From: an uncultured Methanosarcinaceae archaeon
GTDB lineage: Archaea; Halobacteriota; Methanosarcinia; Methanosarcinales; Methanosarcinaceae
DNA: 64,000 bases
Assembly (NCBI GenBank): GCA_963727895.1
Contig: CAVSHT010000009.1
Coordinates: 320,001 to 384,000, forward strand
Direction: 5' to 3'
A program made the translations under genes and the position numbers. The number at the start of each line of letters is the position of its first letter. Within the stretch, counting starts at the first letter, position 1. Under the pieces are notes generated by a model. That model was given only the letters and a program-made list of their open reading frames with translations, was not told the DNA's origin and ran no database searches. Positions 1 to 10,656 of this stretch are shown here, one piece after another.

Positions 1-158
1 TTATAACAAGACTTGAAAAAAAAAGTCCATCTTTGTTGTCTAAATTCTGTTTTTCAATTCTTATTTTACAACAACGAGTTATAGAAATTAATGATATATT
101 ACAAACGCAAACGAAGATAAACAAAAATAAACGCAAGTAAATGAAATTTTGCGATTAC

Positions 159-219
<61 letters not shown>

Positions 220-347
220 AGATTGTAAAAAATTATGTAAAAAATTAATTTCTTTTAAAAGAAGATCAAAATCTTATTTTTCTTTACACAAAGTCCGGTC
301 TTTGAATTTCAGTGAATTCATTCAACTATTTTTCAATCTGATACTGT

Positions 348-1214
348 TTATTTGCAGACATCGTTTTTGGCATTTAGATAGGACTTACTTGCTATTTCCA
401 TACTGCCTTCCATTTCAACAATACTCATATCAAAAGTCCGGGCATAATTTAAGACATTTTTGTCAAATTCCTCTCCTCTTGAGATCTTGTTACTGATTTT
501 GACAACTTTTTTATAATGCTTTTTCAAAAAACGTTCATTAAAGTCAGAAGTGCCGTTAGATTCCATTCTCATTTCTTTCCAACTGGAAGCCCACATAGGG
601 GTCAGGTATATCATACCTGTACCATTCCCACTCTGCATAACTTCAGCATAATTATCGTTGCCCCCAAGAGCTACGCTGATACAGTCATCCACAATTTCTC
701 CTTTTTCATCTTTGAGAAAATAAAGAGAACAATGAAGATCTTTAAAATCCGCTTCCGTGTTCCTCAGCGAGTGCCCACAATTTCCATAGAAAATAAGAAT
801 GCCATCTGAAAAAGCTGCCATTTTCTTAATATTTTGGTAGATTTCAGACCTTAAGAGTTCACAATCTGCATGCAGGCCAAGCTTCAGAGTGTTTACAACT
901 ACAGTAGGCTTTTCTTTGCTCATTTCTTTACTTTTTCCTCTTATATTATTATGTATTTTCTTAAAAAATGGAAATTTCAATAAAATCTTCAGAAGATTCA
1001 TGGATACAGAATTATTTGTCTCTTTCAAAAAGGTAGATACCCTGTCCAAAGGAAAAAGTCTGGGCTGACAATTTCTGGATTTAAGCTTTCGAACAAACCT
1101 GAAACTTTGCCTGTTTTCAACTACGATTAATTGATTTAAGTCATGGTCTTTTGAAAGGACATATACAAGTTCATCTTCAAGCATTTCACAGGCAATTATG
1201 CTAAGTACAGGCAT
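348..1214 (-). CDS. DUF1638 domain protein
   Basis: IIACEMLEDE, LGLH, ILIFYGNCG, VDDCI..LGG, YLTPMW motifs; probable start ATG 1214 after GTGGAG (ORF open to 1229). Confidence 0.8.
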   Translation of the reverse strand: MPVLSIIACEMLEDELVYVLSKDHDLNQLIVVENRQSFRFVRKLKSRNCQPRLFPLDRVSTFLKETNNSVSMNLLKILLKFPFFKKIHNNIRGKSKEMSKEKPTVVVNTLKLGLHADCELLRSEIYQNIKKMAAFSDGILIFYGNCGHSLRNTEADFKDLHCSLYFLKDEKGEIVDDCISVALGGNDNYAEVMQSGNGTGMIYLTPMWASSWKEMRMESNGTSDFNERFLKKHYKKVVKISNKISRGEEFDKNVLNYARTFDMSIVEMEGSMEIASKSYLNAKNDVCK

Positions 1215-1268
1215 CGGCTCACCACTCATTTATAAATACAAAAAGTTTTTTCAACTATTTTGATTTGT

Positions 1269-2067
1269 CTAAATTTCCACTTTGAGTTCGTTATAACAAT
1301 CTTCAAAAATTTTCTGGTTACCATCATCGAATTCCAGGATTTCAAAATCAAACAATTCTGCAAATTCCCGAATAGAAGCATCGAAATTTTCAGTATATTC
1401 AAGCCCAGTATTAATCTTTGCAACTCTTTTGTAACCAATTATTTCGTGGGTCTTTTTCATTAATTTCAATGCTTTGGCAGGGTCTCTATTCAGCTTATCC
1501 AGTTCAAGTAATTCCCTCCAGCCCTTACTATACATGGGAGTAAAGAGGTATGTTCCAGCATCACTGACACTTTTGAGTATCCTCAGATAGTTCTTGACTC
1601 CTCCCACAGTAGCTCCTATGCAGTCATCTACAATCCTGTGATCTTTATCTTTAAGAATACGGACCGGGCATGAGATTGGACTATTTTCAAAATCTTTTTC
1701 AACGTCTCCCAAGTACATTTCCACATAAACCGTAAAAGAGCAAAATCCCCGAAGAAAAAGGAGCAAGAGTCTTTATGGTCTCATATACCTTAATTTTCAA
1801 CTCTTTAGGACTTCTATGAAGGCCCAGTTCCATCAGATGGATCAGAACCGTATATTTATTACATTCGCTTTTTATTTCGGGAAGTGAAGAAATATCTTCT
1901 AGGGAGAGTACTTTATACTGGAGGTTTACTTTATCCAGTTTTTCTATGAATTCCTGGATATTTTCATTATCAACTACAATGATCTCATCAATGGAAGAGT
2001 CATTTTCAAGAATCCAGACTATTTCGTCCTGCATTATCTTGCATGAAATAATACTCATAGTGGGCAT
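1269..2067 (-). pseudogene. DUF1638 domain protein with a +1 frameshift
   Basis: ORFs 1699..2067 and 1269..1766 join into one paralog of the adjacent gene if one G is removed from CTTGGGAGAC at ~1708-1710 (FYGLCGNVLG|DVEKDF). Confidence 0.8.
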
Positions 2068-2141
2068 TGAAACATCTCCGTAAGTTATGCAAGAAAACCT
2101 AATTTTTTTCGAGCAATAGATTGATTATAGTAAGATAATAT

Positions 2142-2163
2142 ACTTACTTGCATATAAGTAAGT
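2142..2163. promoter_or_regulatory. Palindromic operator ACTTACTTGCATATAAGTAAGT upstream of the DUF1638 pair
   Basis: Inverted repeat; near-identical copy at 4734..4755. Confidence 0.65.
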
Positions 2164-2181
2164 TGTGGTTCGGAAAAAAAA

Positions 2182-2760
2182 TCAATCCTTCCATCCAAGG
2201 TCGGATTTAATTAGAGAAATAGATCTGACGAGTGTTTTCCTCCCTTTAATGCTAGATAGTTGCCTGGCACCCATTAAAGCTTCAACTACCAATTCTGCAC
2301 GTGCTTCTACAGAATCAGAGAAATTAAACTCCCCTTGTTCCAGACCTATTTCAAGAACTCTAGAAATCCATGTAAGGATATCATCCAGCAACAAAAGGTT
2401 TTGCTTTTTAACTTTCTCTGGAAGTTCGTCAAAATTGAGAATTACCGAGCCTGGAGGACAGATACTTTTGCCTTCATCAAACTCTTTCAACGCGTAATCA
2501 AAGTAGTACTGAAGCTGATCACGAGCTGAGCCCCCAGATTCCACAATCTGAGTAATATTCGCAGCTAAATTTTTCCTACTGTCTTCGAGCAAAGATGCAA
2601 CCAGATCTTCTTTTTTGGGATAATAGTTATGAATTGCTGCATTTTTTATTCCCAGTTTTTGAGAAATATCTTTGTAACTAAATCCATTATACCCTCTACA
2701 TTGCAAAAAATTCCTTGCATAATAGAGTATCTGTTGATTAGTCTGGTTTATCTCCTTCAT
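2182..2760 (-). CDS. TetR/AcrR family regulator
   Basis: N-terminal HTH GYNGFSYKDISQKLGIKNAAIHNYYPKKEDL. Confidence 0.9.
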   Translation of the reverse strand: MKEINQTNQQILYYARNFLQCRGYNGFSYKDISQKLGIKNAAIHNYYPKKEDLVASLLEDSRKNLAANITQIVESGGSARDQLQYYFDYALKEFDEGKSICPPGSVILNFDELPEKVKKQNLLLLDDILTWISRVLEIGLEQGEFNFSDSVEARAELVVEALMGARQLSSIKGRKTLVRSISLIKSDLGWKD

Positions 2761-2862
2761 AAAAACACTTGTACTCGCTAATAAGTTAATTGAATAGTGC
2801 TCATCAATATAAACTTAGTTCTTCGATTTATTAGATAAGAAATATTGTTGTTTTTTCATACA

Positions 2863-3875
2863 TCAACTGTCAAGTTCTTGGCAAGCCCAAAGTGCCATAT
2901 TCCGAATATTTTGGTCAGGATCTTTTACAGCTTCCTGGATATATTTATAATATTTATGATCTCCACTATTTACCATAGCCCTCAAAGCATTAAACTTCCA
3001 TATCCATAAGCCATCCTGTCCGATATACCAGAACCTAGGCTGAACTATTTCAAGGAAAGTTTTTTCGTCCATTTTCCATATATTTTCTAGTGAGAGATAT
3101 TGTGTTACATCAGGAAGGCCAGCAAAATCCTCTTTTTCTTCCCATTTGTTCTTATTCTTTGGACATACGTTCTGACAGACATCGCATCCATATATCCAGA
3201 TTCCCATTTTTTTTCTTGATTCCTCAGTCTGCAAGTCAATCCCATTAGTTAGTTGAGCAATGCACTTTCCTCTATTCATTGATAGAGGCTTGTTTAAAGC
3301 TCCAGTGGGACAGGAGTCGATACATTTGTTACAGCTTTCAGGACAATTTAATGAATTTGTTGGCTCATCGTATTCCATTTCAGAGTCGATTACCCAAGTG
3401 TCGATAAAGACCTATGATCCATACTTCTTTGTGTAAAAAAAAGTATTTTTCCCGAAACGCCCCAGGCCAGCACTAACTGCTGCCAAACGAGCAGGGACAA
3501 TAGAATAAGCAGTTTTAAGCCCTAAAGCATTCAGATAAGTTTCAAATTCAGTTTTTCGGGAGTATTCTTTTGAGTGCTTAAGTCTTCCATCAACCAGATA
3601 AGCTTTTCCTATATATTCATCAAGTCCTTCAGGAATATTGTATTTCCCATATCTCCTTACACAAACGACAATTGATTTAGCCCATTCTACATTTTTTGTG
3701 GAAAAGCCATTGGATAGAGACTGTCATATAATTCACGCGATTCAGGAAAACTCTTAATTCTTTCATCAAGCTGTGATGCATATTCTTCCATCAAATCTAC
3801 ACTTGTAATTCCACAAAAATCATAACCTATTTCCAAAGCTTTCTTCTTGACACTTGATAGATTGACATTACTCAA
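2863..3875 (-). pseudogene. QueG/reductive-dehalogenase-like 4Fe-4S dicluster protein, interrupted
   Basis: TTG start with GGAGG RBS; -1 frameshift in an A6 run at ~3692-3697; in-frame TAG at 3412..3414; motifs AGLGRFGKN, CPESCNKCIDSCPTGAL, IYGCDVCQNVCP. Confidence 0.8.
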
Positions 3876-3955
3876 CTTAATAGTCCTCCTGGTGATTCAG
3901 TACTTAAAGCAGGTTCTAAGACTTTAGCTTAATTATTTGAATAATTGAAATTTTA

Positions 3956-4694
3956 GGCATTGTTACTTAAATATATCTAGTTCTTTATTTCTGTATTTCA
4001 TCAATAGAATAACCGAGTACTTTAGCATTTCAAGACTCTTCGTATAACACTTTGTCTTTCTTCTCAACCTTGCCAAAAAGTGCTACAATATGCTGTTATA
4101 TCCCTCAACTGTAAATGTTTCTGCTTTGGATTGAGTATGACTCTTTTCTGGAAGAAACTCTGCATATGCCCTCCAGTGATCTGTCATCACTTCTCCAATC
4201 TCTTTTTCTTCAATTTTTCCCAGAGTAGTTTTCCAGTTTCCGTTCCTCTGCTGCCAAAAGAGCAGTTGATGAACTTTTTCCCAACTCTATCAATAGCAAT
4301 CCAGATACAGCAATATTTTTTTTGTTACCGATGTAAGTGTGCATCTCATCCATTTCAACAATAGATATCTCATTTTCACTTTTTAGGTTCTCTCACTCTT
4401 GACCAAATTTCTTTATCCATTTTTGGACAGAAACATGACTTACCCCTAAAAATCGTCCTATTGAGCGAAAGCCCAATCCTTCAAGGTAAAGTTGTAAAGC
4501 CTGTCTTTTTACAGAAGCGGAAAAAGCAGTTGATTTTAGCTCTACTGTATAGTTATAGCCACAATCATGACATTTGTAGCGTTGACGCCCACCAACTATA
4601 CCGTTCTTTTTGTGACTGGAACTATTGCATCTTGGGCAGTTCACGCAGAAATATACTTTCTAATAGTATATAACTATGTTTAAGTATCAATGAC
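3956..4694 (-). mobile_element. IS1-family element, copy 1 (defective)
   Basis: Ends GGCATTGTTACTTA / TAAGTATCAATGAC; flanks AAATTTTA / AAATTTCA (near 8-bp TSD); Zn-ribbon-HTH orfA truncated by TGA at 4393; A8 slippery site. Confidence 0.9.
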
Positions 4695-4733
4695 AAATTT
4701 CATATTCAAAATTTATCCGTTATATAAGTAAAC

Positions 4734-4755
4734 ACTTACTTGCAGATAAGTAAGT
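4734..4755. promoter_or_regulatory. Palindromic operator ACTTACTTGCAGATAAGTAAGT next to TATA box TTATATAA (4720-4727)
   Basis: One mismatch to the 2142..2163 site; probably the original promoter of the QueG-like gene, now separated from it by IS1. Confidence 0.65.
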
Positions 4756-4939
4756 AGCGGTTTAAATAATTAATCGCTTAATTCTTACCCACATCTCATC
4801 CCTTCTTAGCGAAGCAAAGCATAACTAAATAACAGTAAGTTACCATAATGCAATTCAACTGTCGTTCTATGAAAAGGTCCCGTACTCCCCAGACGGGATT
4901 CGAGCTGGATTTAAACAGAAATCCGGCTAACTATAATAC

Positions 4940-5515
4940 TCACGAATTGAGCTTATTCAAAAGCCATGCCATATTCTGACCCAAAGTCTGCATGGTCTGA
5001 ATACCTTCTTCGTCTTTCTCAACATCCCCTTCAGCAAGTCCTATTCCCATATTCCAGTAGCTGGATCCTGGGATTATCATCTGGGAAATAGTGAAGAAAT
5101 GGTTTATTGAGTCAAAAACATGAATAGATCCTGCTCTTCTTACTGCAACGACTGCTGCTCCTACTTTATGCTTGAACATTTCGTTATTTGCTTTAGCAAC
5201 AAAACCTGCTCTATCGATCAGGGCTTTAAGTTCTGGAGTTAAGTCTGCAAAATAAGTAGGTGAAGCTAGAATTAGACCATCGGCTTCGATCATTTTTTCA
5301 ATACATTCATTGACGATGTCCTTGTCGTTTATACATCCCTTGTCCATTTTTTCGTAGCATTTTCCACAGGCTGTACAACCGTGGATTCTTTTTCCTCCAA
5401 CCTGAACAGCTTCTGTTTCAATTCCCTCTTTCTCAAGTTCTGCAAGGACATATTTTATAAGAGAGGCTGTATTTCCGTCCTTTCTCGGGCTTCCATTAAA
5501 CGCGACAACTTTCAT
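4940..5515 (-). CDS. isf: Iron-sulfur flavoprotein (Isf/flavodoxin family)
   Basis: [12 protein letters not shown] loop and CTACGKC-x6-C motif. Confidence 0.85.
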   Translation of the reverse strand: MKVVAFNGSPRKDGNTASLIKYVLAELEKEGIETEAVQVGGKRIHGCTACGKCYEKMDKGCINDKDIVNECIEKMIEADGLILASPTYFADLTPELKALIDRAGFVAKANNEMFKHKVGAAVVAVRRAGSIHVFDSINHFFTISQMIIPGSSYWNMGIGLAEGDVEKDEEGIQTMQTLGQNMAWLLNKLNS

Positions 5516-5804
5516 CTATTCATTCCTCCAGTATATTGCCTTTACTCCTTTACCTTTACTTTATCCCATTCTATATATTTACTTCATCTTTCATTCTTTG
5601 AGATCATTTTTTCATTCGTTCCTTTTCAGATATTTTCCTATATTCCAGGCAGCTCCGGCATGATAATTAAAATAAACTAGATTTGCCACATTTAAACAAA
5701 TTACATCTGTGGGAAAATCATATTCAGGTAAATCAAATTTGAATAAATCACGTTCATTAATTACAGTCAAAGAATTCAAAATTGAATAAACTATATTTGA
5801 AAAA

Positions 5805-6095
5805 TTACAGTGCTTTTCTGTATACATTAACTTCAAAGTCTTTTTCAATGCACTCTGAAAGTAGAGAAGATATCTTATTAAAAGGATCAGAATTTAAATG
5901 TTCATCCAGGCTTTTTTCATCTTCCCATTCTTCAAAAAATGTCAAAACTTCTGGGTTTTCCAAATCCTGATACAGCCCATAATCTATGCAGCCTTTGTCT
6001 TTTAACGATGATTCCACAAGTTTTTTGCATAAACACATAAATTCTTGAACCTTTTCAGGCTTGACATATTTTTTAGCAACTACTCTTATTGTCAA
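5805..6095 (-). CDS. ABM-domain protein (putative quinol monooxygenase)
   Basis: GCIDYGLYQD..FFEEWEDEKSLDEH; probable TTG start after GGTGA. Confidence 0.8.
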   Translation of the reverse strand: MTIRVVAKKYVKPEKVQEFMCLCKKLVESSLKDKGCIDYGLYQDLENPEVLTFFEEWEDEKSLDEHLNSDPFNKISSLLSECIEKDFEVNVYRKAL

Positions 6096-6236
6096 ATAAA
6101 TCACCAATTTTTAGTAATATTTTATTTTGAATTCCCACACTTATTGTGCTTTCCCGACACTTTTTCTGTAAGGAAATTAGCTTGGAAAAATGTTGTATTT
6201 TTTTGTATTTGCCTTCGTTATGACTTCACTCAATCT

Positions 6237-6761
6237 TCACTCAATCTTCTGACCATATACATTGTGGGATATTTTTTCCTTATCAAACCTGTCTTCAGGA
6301 CCTGGTTTCTGGTTAGGGTAACCTACAGGCACAAGAGCCAGAGGAATTACGTTTTCAGGCAAACCAAATGTTTTCCGGAAACCTTCAACCCGATCTTTCA
6401 TCGGATAAATTCCAGTCCAGACTGCTCCAAGCCCAACATCATGAGCAGCAAGCAAAAGGTTTTGAGTAGCTGCTGAACAGTCCTGAACCCAGTATCCTGG
6501 AACCTTTTCAAGTGTCAAATCTCCACACACAAGAATTGCAAGAGAAGCTTCCCTGCACATGTTTGCATATGGACTGAAGGTAGGAATTTCGTCAAGGAGC
6601 TTTCTGTCATCGACAACGATGAATATCCAAGGCTGGGCGTTGACAGCAGATGGAGCGCTCATTGCAGCCCTGAGTATTTCAGTAACAAGTTCTTCCGGAA
6701 CTGGTCGGTCTGTGTATTTTCTAATACTTCTCCTGGTATGAATTGCTTCAAGAGTTTCCAT
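6237..6761 (-). CDS. Nitroreductase family protein
   Basis: RRSIRKY, APSAVNAQPW, QNLLLAAHDVGLGAVW. Confidence 0.92.
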   Translation of the reverse strand: METLEAIHTRRSIRKYTDRPVPEELVTEILRAAMSAPSAVNAQPWIFIVVDDRKLLDEIPTFSPYANMCREASLAILVCGDLTLEKVPGYWVQDCSAATQNLLLAAHDVGLGAVWTGIYPMKDRVEGFRKTFGLPENVIPLALVPVGYPNQKPGPEDRFDKEKISHNVYGQKIE

Positions 6762-6777
6762 ATTCAGATTCCACCTA

Positions 6778-8601
6778 TAGTCACCACTTTAAATAATGCG
6801 ACATTTTATATTTAAATGTATGTTTCTCCCAAAATTCATTCACTTCTTCCTTTAATGCTTCAATATTTTTAAATGATTTTATTGACGTTAAGTTTTCTCT
6901 TGTCACTTTCCAACAGTATTCTGTTGGGTTCCTATCTGGAGTAGCTGGAGGGAAAAGTATTATTGGCTTTGATACTTAAACATAGTTATATACTATTAGA
7001 AAGTATATTTCTTCATGAACTGCCCCAGATGCAATAGTTCCAGTCACAAAAAGAACGGTATAGTTGGCGGGCGTCAACGGTACAAATGCTCTGATTGTGG
7101 CTATAACTATACAGTAGAGCTAAAATCAACTGCTTTTTCCGCTTTTGTAAAAAGACAGGCTTTACAACTCTATCTTGAAGGATTGGGCTTTCGTTCAATA
7201 GGACGATTTTTAGGGGTGAGTCATGTTTCTGTCCAAAGATGGATAAAGAAATTTGGTCAGGAGTTAGAGGACCTAAAAAGTGAAAATGAGATATCTATTG
7301 TTGAAATGGATGAAATGCACACTTACATCGGTAACAAAAAAAATATTGCTGGATCTGGATTGCTGTTGATAGAGTTGGGAAAAAGTTCATCAACTGCTCT
7401 TTTGGTAGCAGAGGAACAGAAACTGGAAAACTACTCTGGGAAAAAGTGAAGAAAAAAGAGATTGGAGAAGTAATGACAGATCACTGGAGAGCATATGCAG
7501 AGTTTCTTCCAGAAAAGAGTCATACTCAATCAAAAGCAGAAACATTTACAGTTGAGGGATATAACAGCATATTGAGGCATTTTCTAGCAAGATTGAGAAG
7601 AAAGACAAAGTGTTATACAAAAAGTCTTGAAATGCTAAAGTACTCGGTTATTCTATTGATGAAATACAGAAATAAAGAGTTAACTATGTTTAATTAACAA
7701 TGCCGTATTATTTTCAACCAATGCTTATTATTTTGATAAAATTCCTTTGCCTTTGCTGATCTATGCCATGTAGCTCTGTCCAGTAAAAGAAATATCCTTG
7801 CCCCTATATCTCTTTGAAACTTGATTAATGATTTTAAGTAAGAGTCTGTATTCTGTGTAATTCCTAAATCATACCAATAAAATTCTCCATTTTCAGTGTA
7901 AAATCCTCCAATATTGATTTTTGCTTTTGAACCACTTGTAAATTTAATAGGTTTTGAGCCCTTTATTGCCCAACATCTTGATCTATTTGAATCCACACAA
8001 AAATTACTTTCATCATGGGTAACGAATAAATGATTAGGGTTTAGTAATCTGTTTTTTGGACTTCTCTTATAAATTCATTTTTAAGCACCTCATTTCTTCT
8101 TTTAGATTGAGGTCGACATGTGATTTTTCTCAACCCTAAATTTTTTAAAATTTGTCTCATTCTTGATTTGGAATAAGATACTCCAAATTTTTCCTTGACA
8201 AATTGAACTGCATCTTTTGTTTGCCAACCACGAGAATAAACATCATCTGTTGGTATAGGTTCTAAAAATGCCTCTCTTAACTCAGATAATTGTTCTGCAG
8301 TTAAAAAAGACTTGATTCCTCGACCAGGTTTACATTTTAGGCTAAACAAACCGTCGGTTTCAGCTCGTTTTATCCAGCGATGAACAGTTGAACGGTGAAC
8401 TGAAAAATCGTCGGCAACTTTAGCGGGACTCAAACCATTTTTGACCAATAATAAGGCTTGAAGTTTAATCTGTTCGTTTTTGTTACAGGAATTTATGATA
8501 GCTGTGGAAATATCAAAAGTTGTAAACATTTCCAAACTCATATATAAAATTATATACTAGTTTCAGGTATAAGAATGTTGCAGTAAATACAGAGGTGACT
8601 A
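6778..8601 (-). mobile_element. IS630-family element interrupted by a nested IS1
   Basis: Imperfect ~28-bp terminal IRs TAGTCACC..GC(G/A)ACATT flanked by TA; orfA 8041..8541 joins the DDE frame by -1 shift at A6 (8052-8057); the DDE frame resumes at 6964 (FPPATPDRNPTEYCW) and ends at TGA 6781. Confidence 0.9.
6965..7704 (+). mobile_element. IS1-family element, copy 2 (apparently intact)
   Basis: IRs GGCTTTGATACTTAA / TTAATTAACAATGCC; perfect 8-bp TSD GTATTATT; transposase 7015..7697 via -1 frameshift at A8 (~7336-7343). Confidence 0.95.
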
Positions 8602-8710
8602 TATTTACTCCTGAAAAGTATGAGAGAGGAAATCTTCTCCAGATTCATCTCTCCGATTTTATTAGATTTCAGTTTTGTATTTTTCCAGACTTTACTTATT
8701 TTATCTATGT

Positions 8711-9277
8711 TCACTTTAACAGGTTAAGACCTGCATTCTTCGCTTTTTCCATGAGCTCAGCATCATTCTTAACCTCTCCAGGCGCATGATAACCAATTCC
8801 TACAAGGATATCCTTTACATCTGCCTGCATGAAACCGGAAATTTGACCTTTGAATTCCTCATAGACCCCTTTGAAAGCTTCAGGGTCAGGAGCTCCCTGA
8901 GTTCCTACAATTATTGCTTTTTTTCCGGCAGAAAGACGGGGAGAGAAGTCTGCATTTATAAGGGAATAACAGCGGTCAAGGAAGAGCCTCATCTGACCTG
9001 TAAACTGACCAAAATAAATAGGAGAACCAAAAACAACTCCATCTGCTGATGCAAGTTCATCAAATACTTCTGTAAGATCATCTTCAAGCTTGCATTTATC
9101 ATGACTCTTACAGTATCCGCAACCCTGACAACCTCTGTAGTTCATTTCGTTGAGAATAAATGTTTTGGTTTCAGCTCCTGATTCTGCTGCGCCTTCCAGA
9201 ACCTGCTGGACAAGAATATTCGTATTTCCATTCTTTCGGGGACTTCCAACAATACCTATAACTTTCATTTTATTCAT
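8711..9277 (-). CDS. Flavodoxin-family iron-sulfur flavoprotein
   Basis: GSPRKNGNT and CQGCGYC-x5-C; start ATG 9277 or 9268. Confidence 0.88.
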   Translation of the reverse strand: MNKMKVIGIVGSPRKNGNTNILVQQVLEGAAESGAETKTFILNEMNYRGCQGCGYCKSHDKCKLEDDLTEVFDELASADGVVFGSPIYFGQFTGQMRLFLDRCYSLINADFSPRLSAGKKAIIVGTQGAPDPEAFKGVYEEFKGQISGFMQADVKDILVGIGYHAPGEVKNDAELMEKAKNAGLNLLK

Positions 9278-9555
9278 GCCTCTTATTTTTGAAACTGGAT
9301 TTAACCTCAATTTAGGTTTAACTTTAATTTTAGGCTTATTTTAGGTTTAACTTTAATTTAGGTCTAACCTGAGTTTACTTTTCTTTGAACATATACCAGA
9401 TCGATTTTTCAATTTAGTCTGGGTTTTTAAGAAAATGTATTTATTGACATCTTATTTACAGTAAATATATTTGGTAACTATACTTATATACTATACATGC
9501 AATTGGGATACTAACTAACAAAGAAGATAGTTATTGGAGCATATGGTGAAAGGAA

Positions 9556-9894
9556 ATGAGGAATAACAAACACTATCAATGTCCTGTAGAAGCAACCTTG
9601 GAAGTAATCGGAGGAAAATGGAAGCCTATTATTCTTTGGCATTTGAAAACAGAAAAACTGCGTTTTTCCGCACTCCAGCAAAGCATGCAGGGTATTTCAC
9701 CTAAAATGCTTACGAAACAGCTCAGAGAACTCGAAGAAAATGGGCTCGTCCTCAGAGAAATTTATCCTGAAATTCCTCCAAAAGTTGAATACTCACTAAC
9801 CGAATTCGGAAAGACAGTGCTTCCGGTCCTGGACGCTCTATGCAACTGGGGAATTGAGTACCTTGGAAGAGAATGTACACTGGATAAGCAGTAA
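9556..9894 (+). CDS. HxlR-family winged-helix regulator
   Basis: CPVEATLEVIGGKWK...PPKVEYSLT; divergent from the flavoprotein gene. Confidence 0.92.
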   Translation: MRNNKHYQCPVEATLEVIGGKWKPIILWHLKTEKLRFSALQQSMQGISPKMLTKQLRELEENGLVLREIYPEIPPKVEYSLTEFGKTVLPVLDALCNWGIEYLGRECTLDKQ

Positions 9895-10656
9895 TAGTCT
9901 GGCAGAAAATAGATTTGAGTGTAGGAGCAGGATATAATACAGAGAAATAGAGGCACTGTAAAAAGTTATTTGAAAAATTTATAAATTAAAAGAAATTTTT
10001 ATGCAGTAAATCCCATCTCAAAATATTACTATTCCCCAAAAAAATTGATTTTAAATATGTAAGATTTTCGAATTACCGTCTGATATTATAATATCAATAC
10101 AAGTTAATCATTTTTCTCCCTGTATAGATCTTTTTCTAAAAATCCTTACGGTAAAAAAACTATTATAATTTATTTTATTAACCTGGACCAATTGGTTATT
10201 GTAGAATCCAAAATTAATAATTTTCAAGAGCCACATGCTCATGTATTCATTCACTTAACTTTTTGATTTCCCCATATCAGGTTGGCTGTGAGCAAAATAC
10301 TTATTTTTCTGTAAAATTATGCTTTTCAAAAAATTGATAGTATGAAATTCTAATTAAGAACACAGAATTAATTTTTAGCACATAAAAATTAACTTTACAC
10401 TTACAGTAAATAACCTAAAATAAATAAAAGTAAATCCTATTTATATTCTATAGCATTGAATTTTGCTTTTTATCCAGAAGATTTAACAATTAAAAAACAC
10501 GCCACTAAGTAAAGTTAGAAAATTTAAGAATATTCCTTCATGAATACTTAAGAGTATTCTAAAACTTATAAAAGTTAGATTCCTGAATTATCAGTAAATA
10601 GAAAGGAATAGAAAGTCACCGAAACATCGAAAATCGGGAGATCCCAGGTTAAACGT

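Noticed and set aside
4878..4930. TCGAATCCCG-like tRNA fragment and two hairpins on the minus strand
   Set aside because: Too short for a tRNA or att call; better explained as the 3' structure of the isf transcript
5612..5848. 78-aa ORF between the ABM and isf genes
   Set aside because: No recognisable family or RBS; may be a gene remnant
9305..9372. Degenerate TTTAGGTTTAACTTTAATTT repeats
   Set aside because: Two or three imperfect copies without unique spacers; not CRISPR
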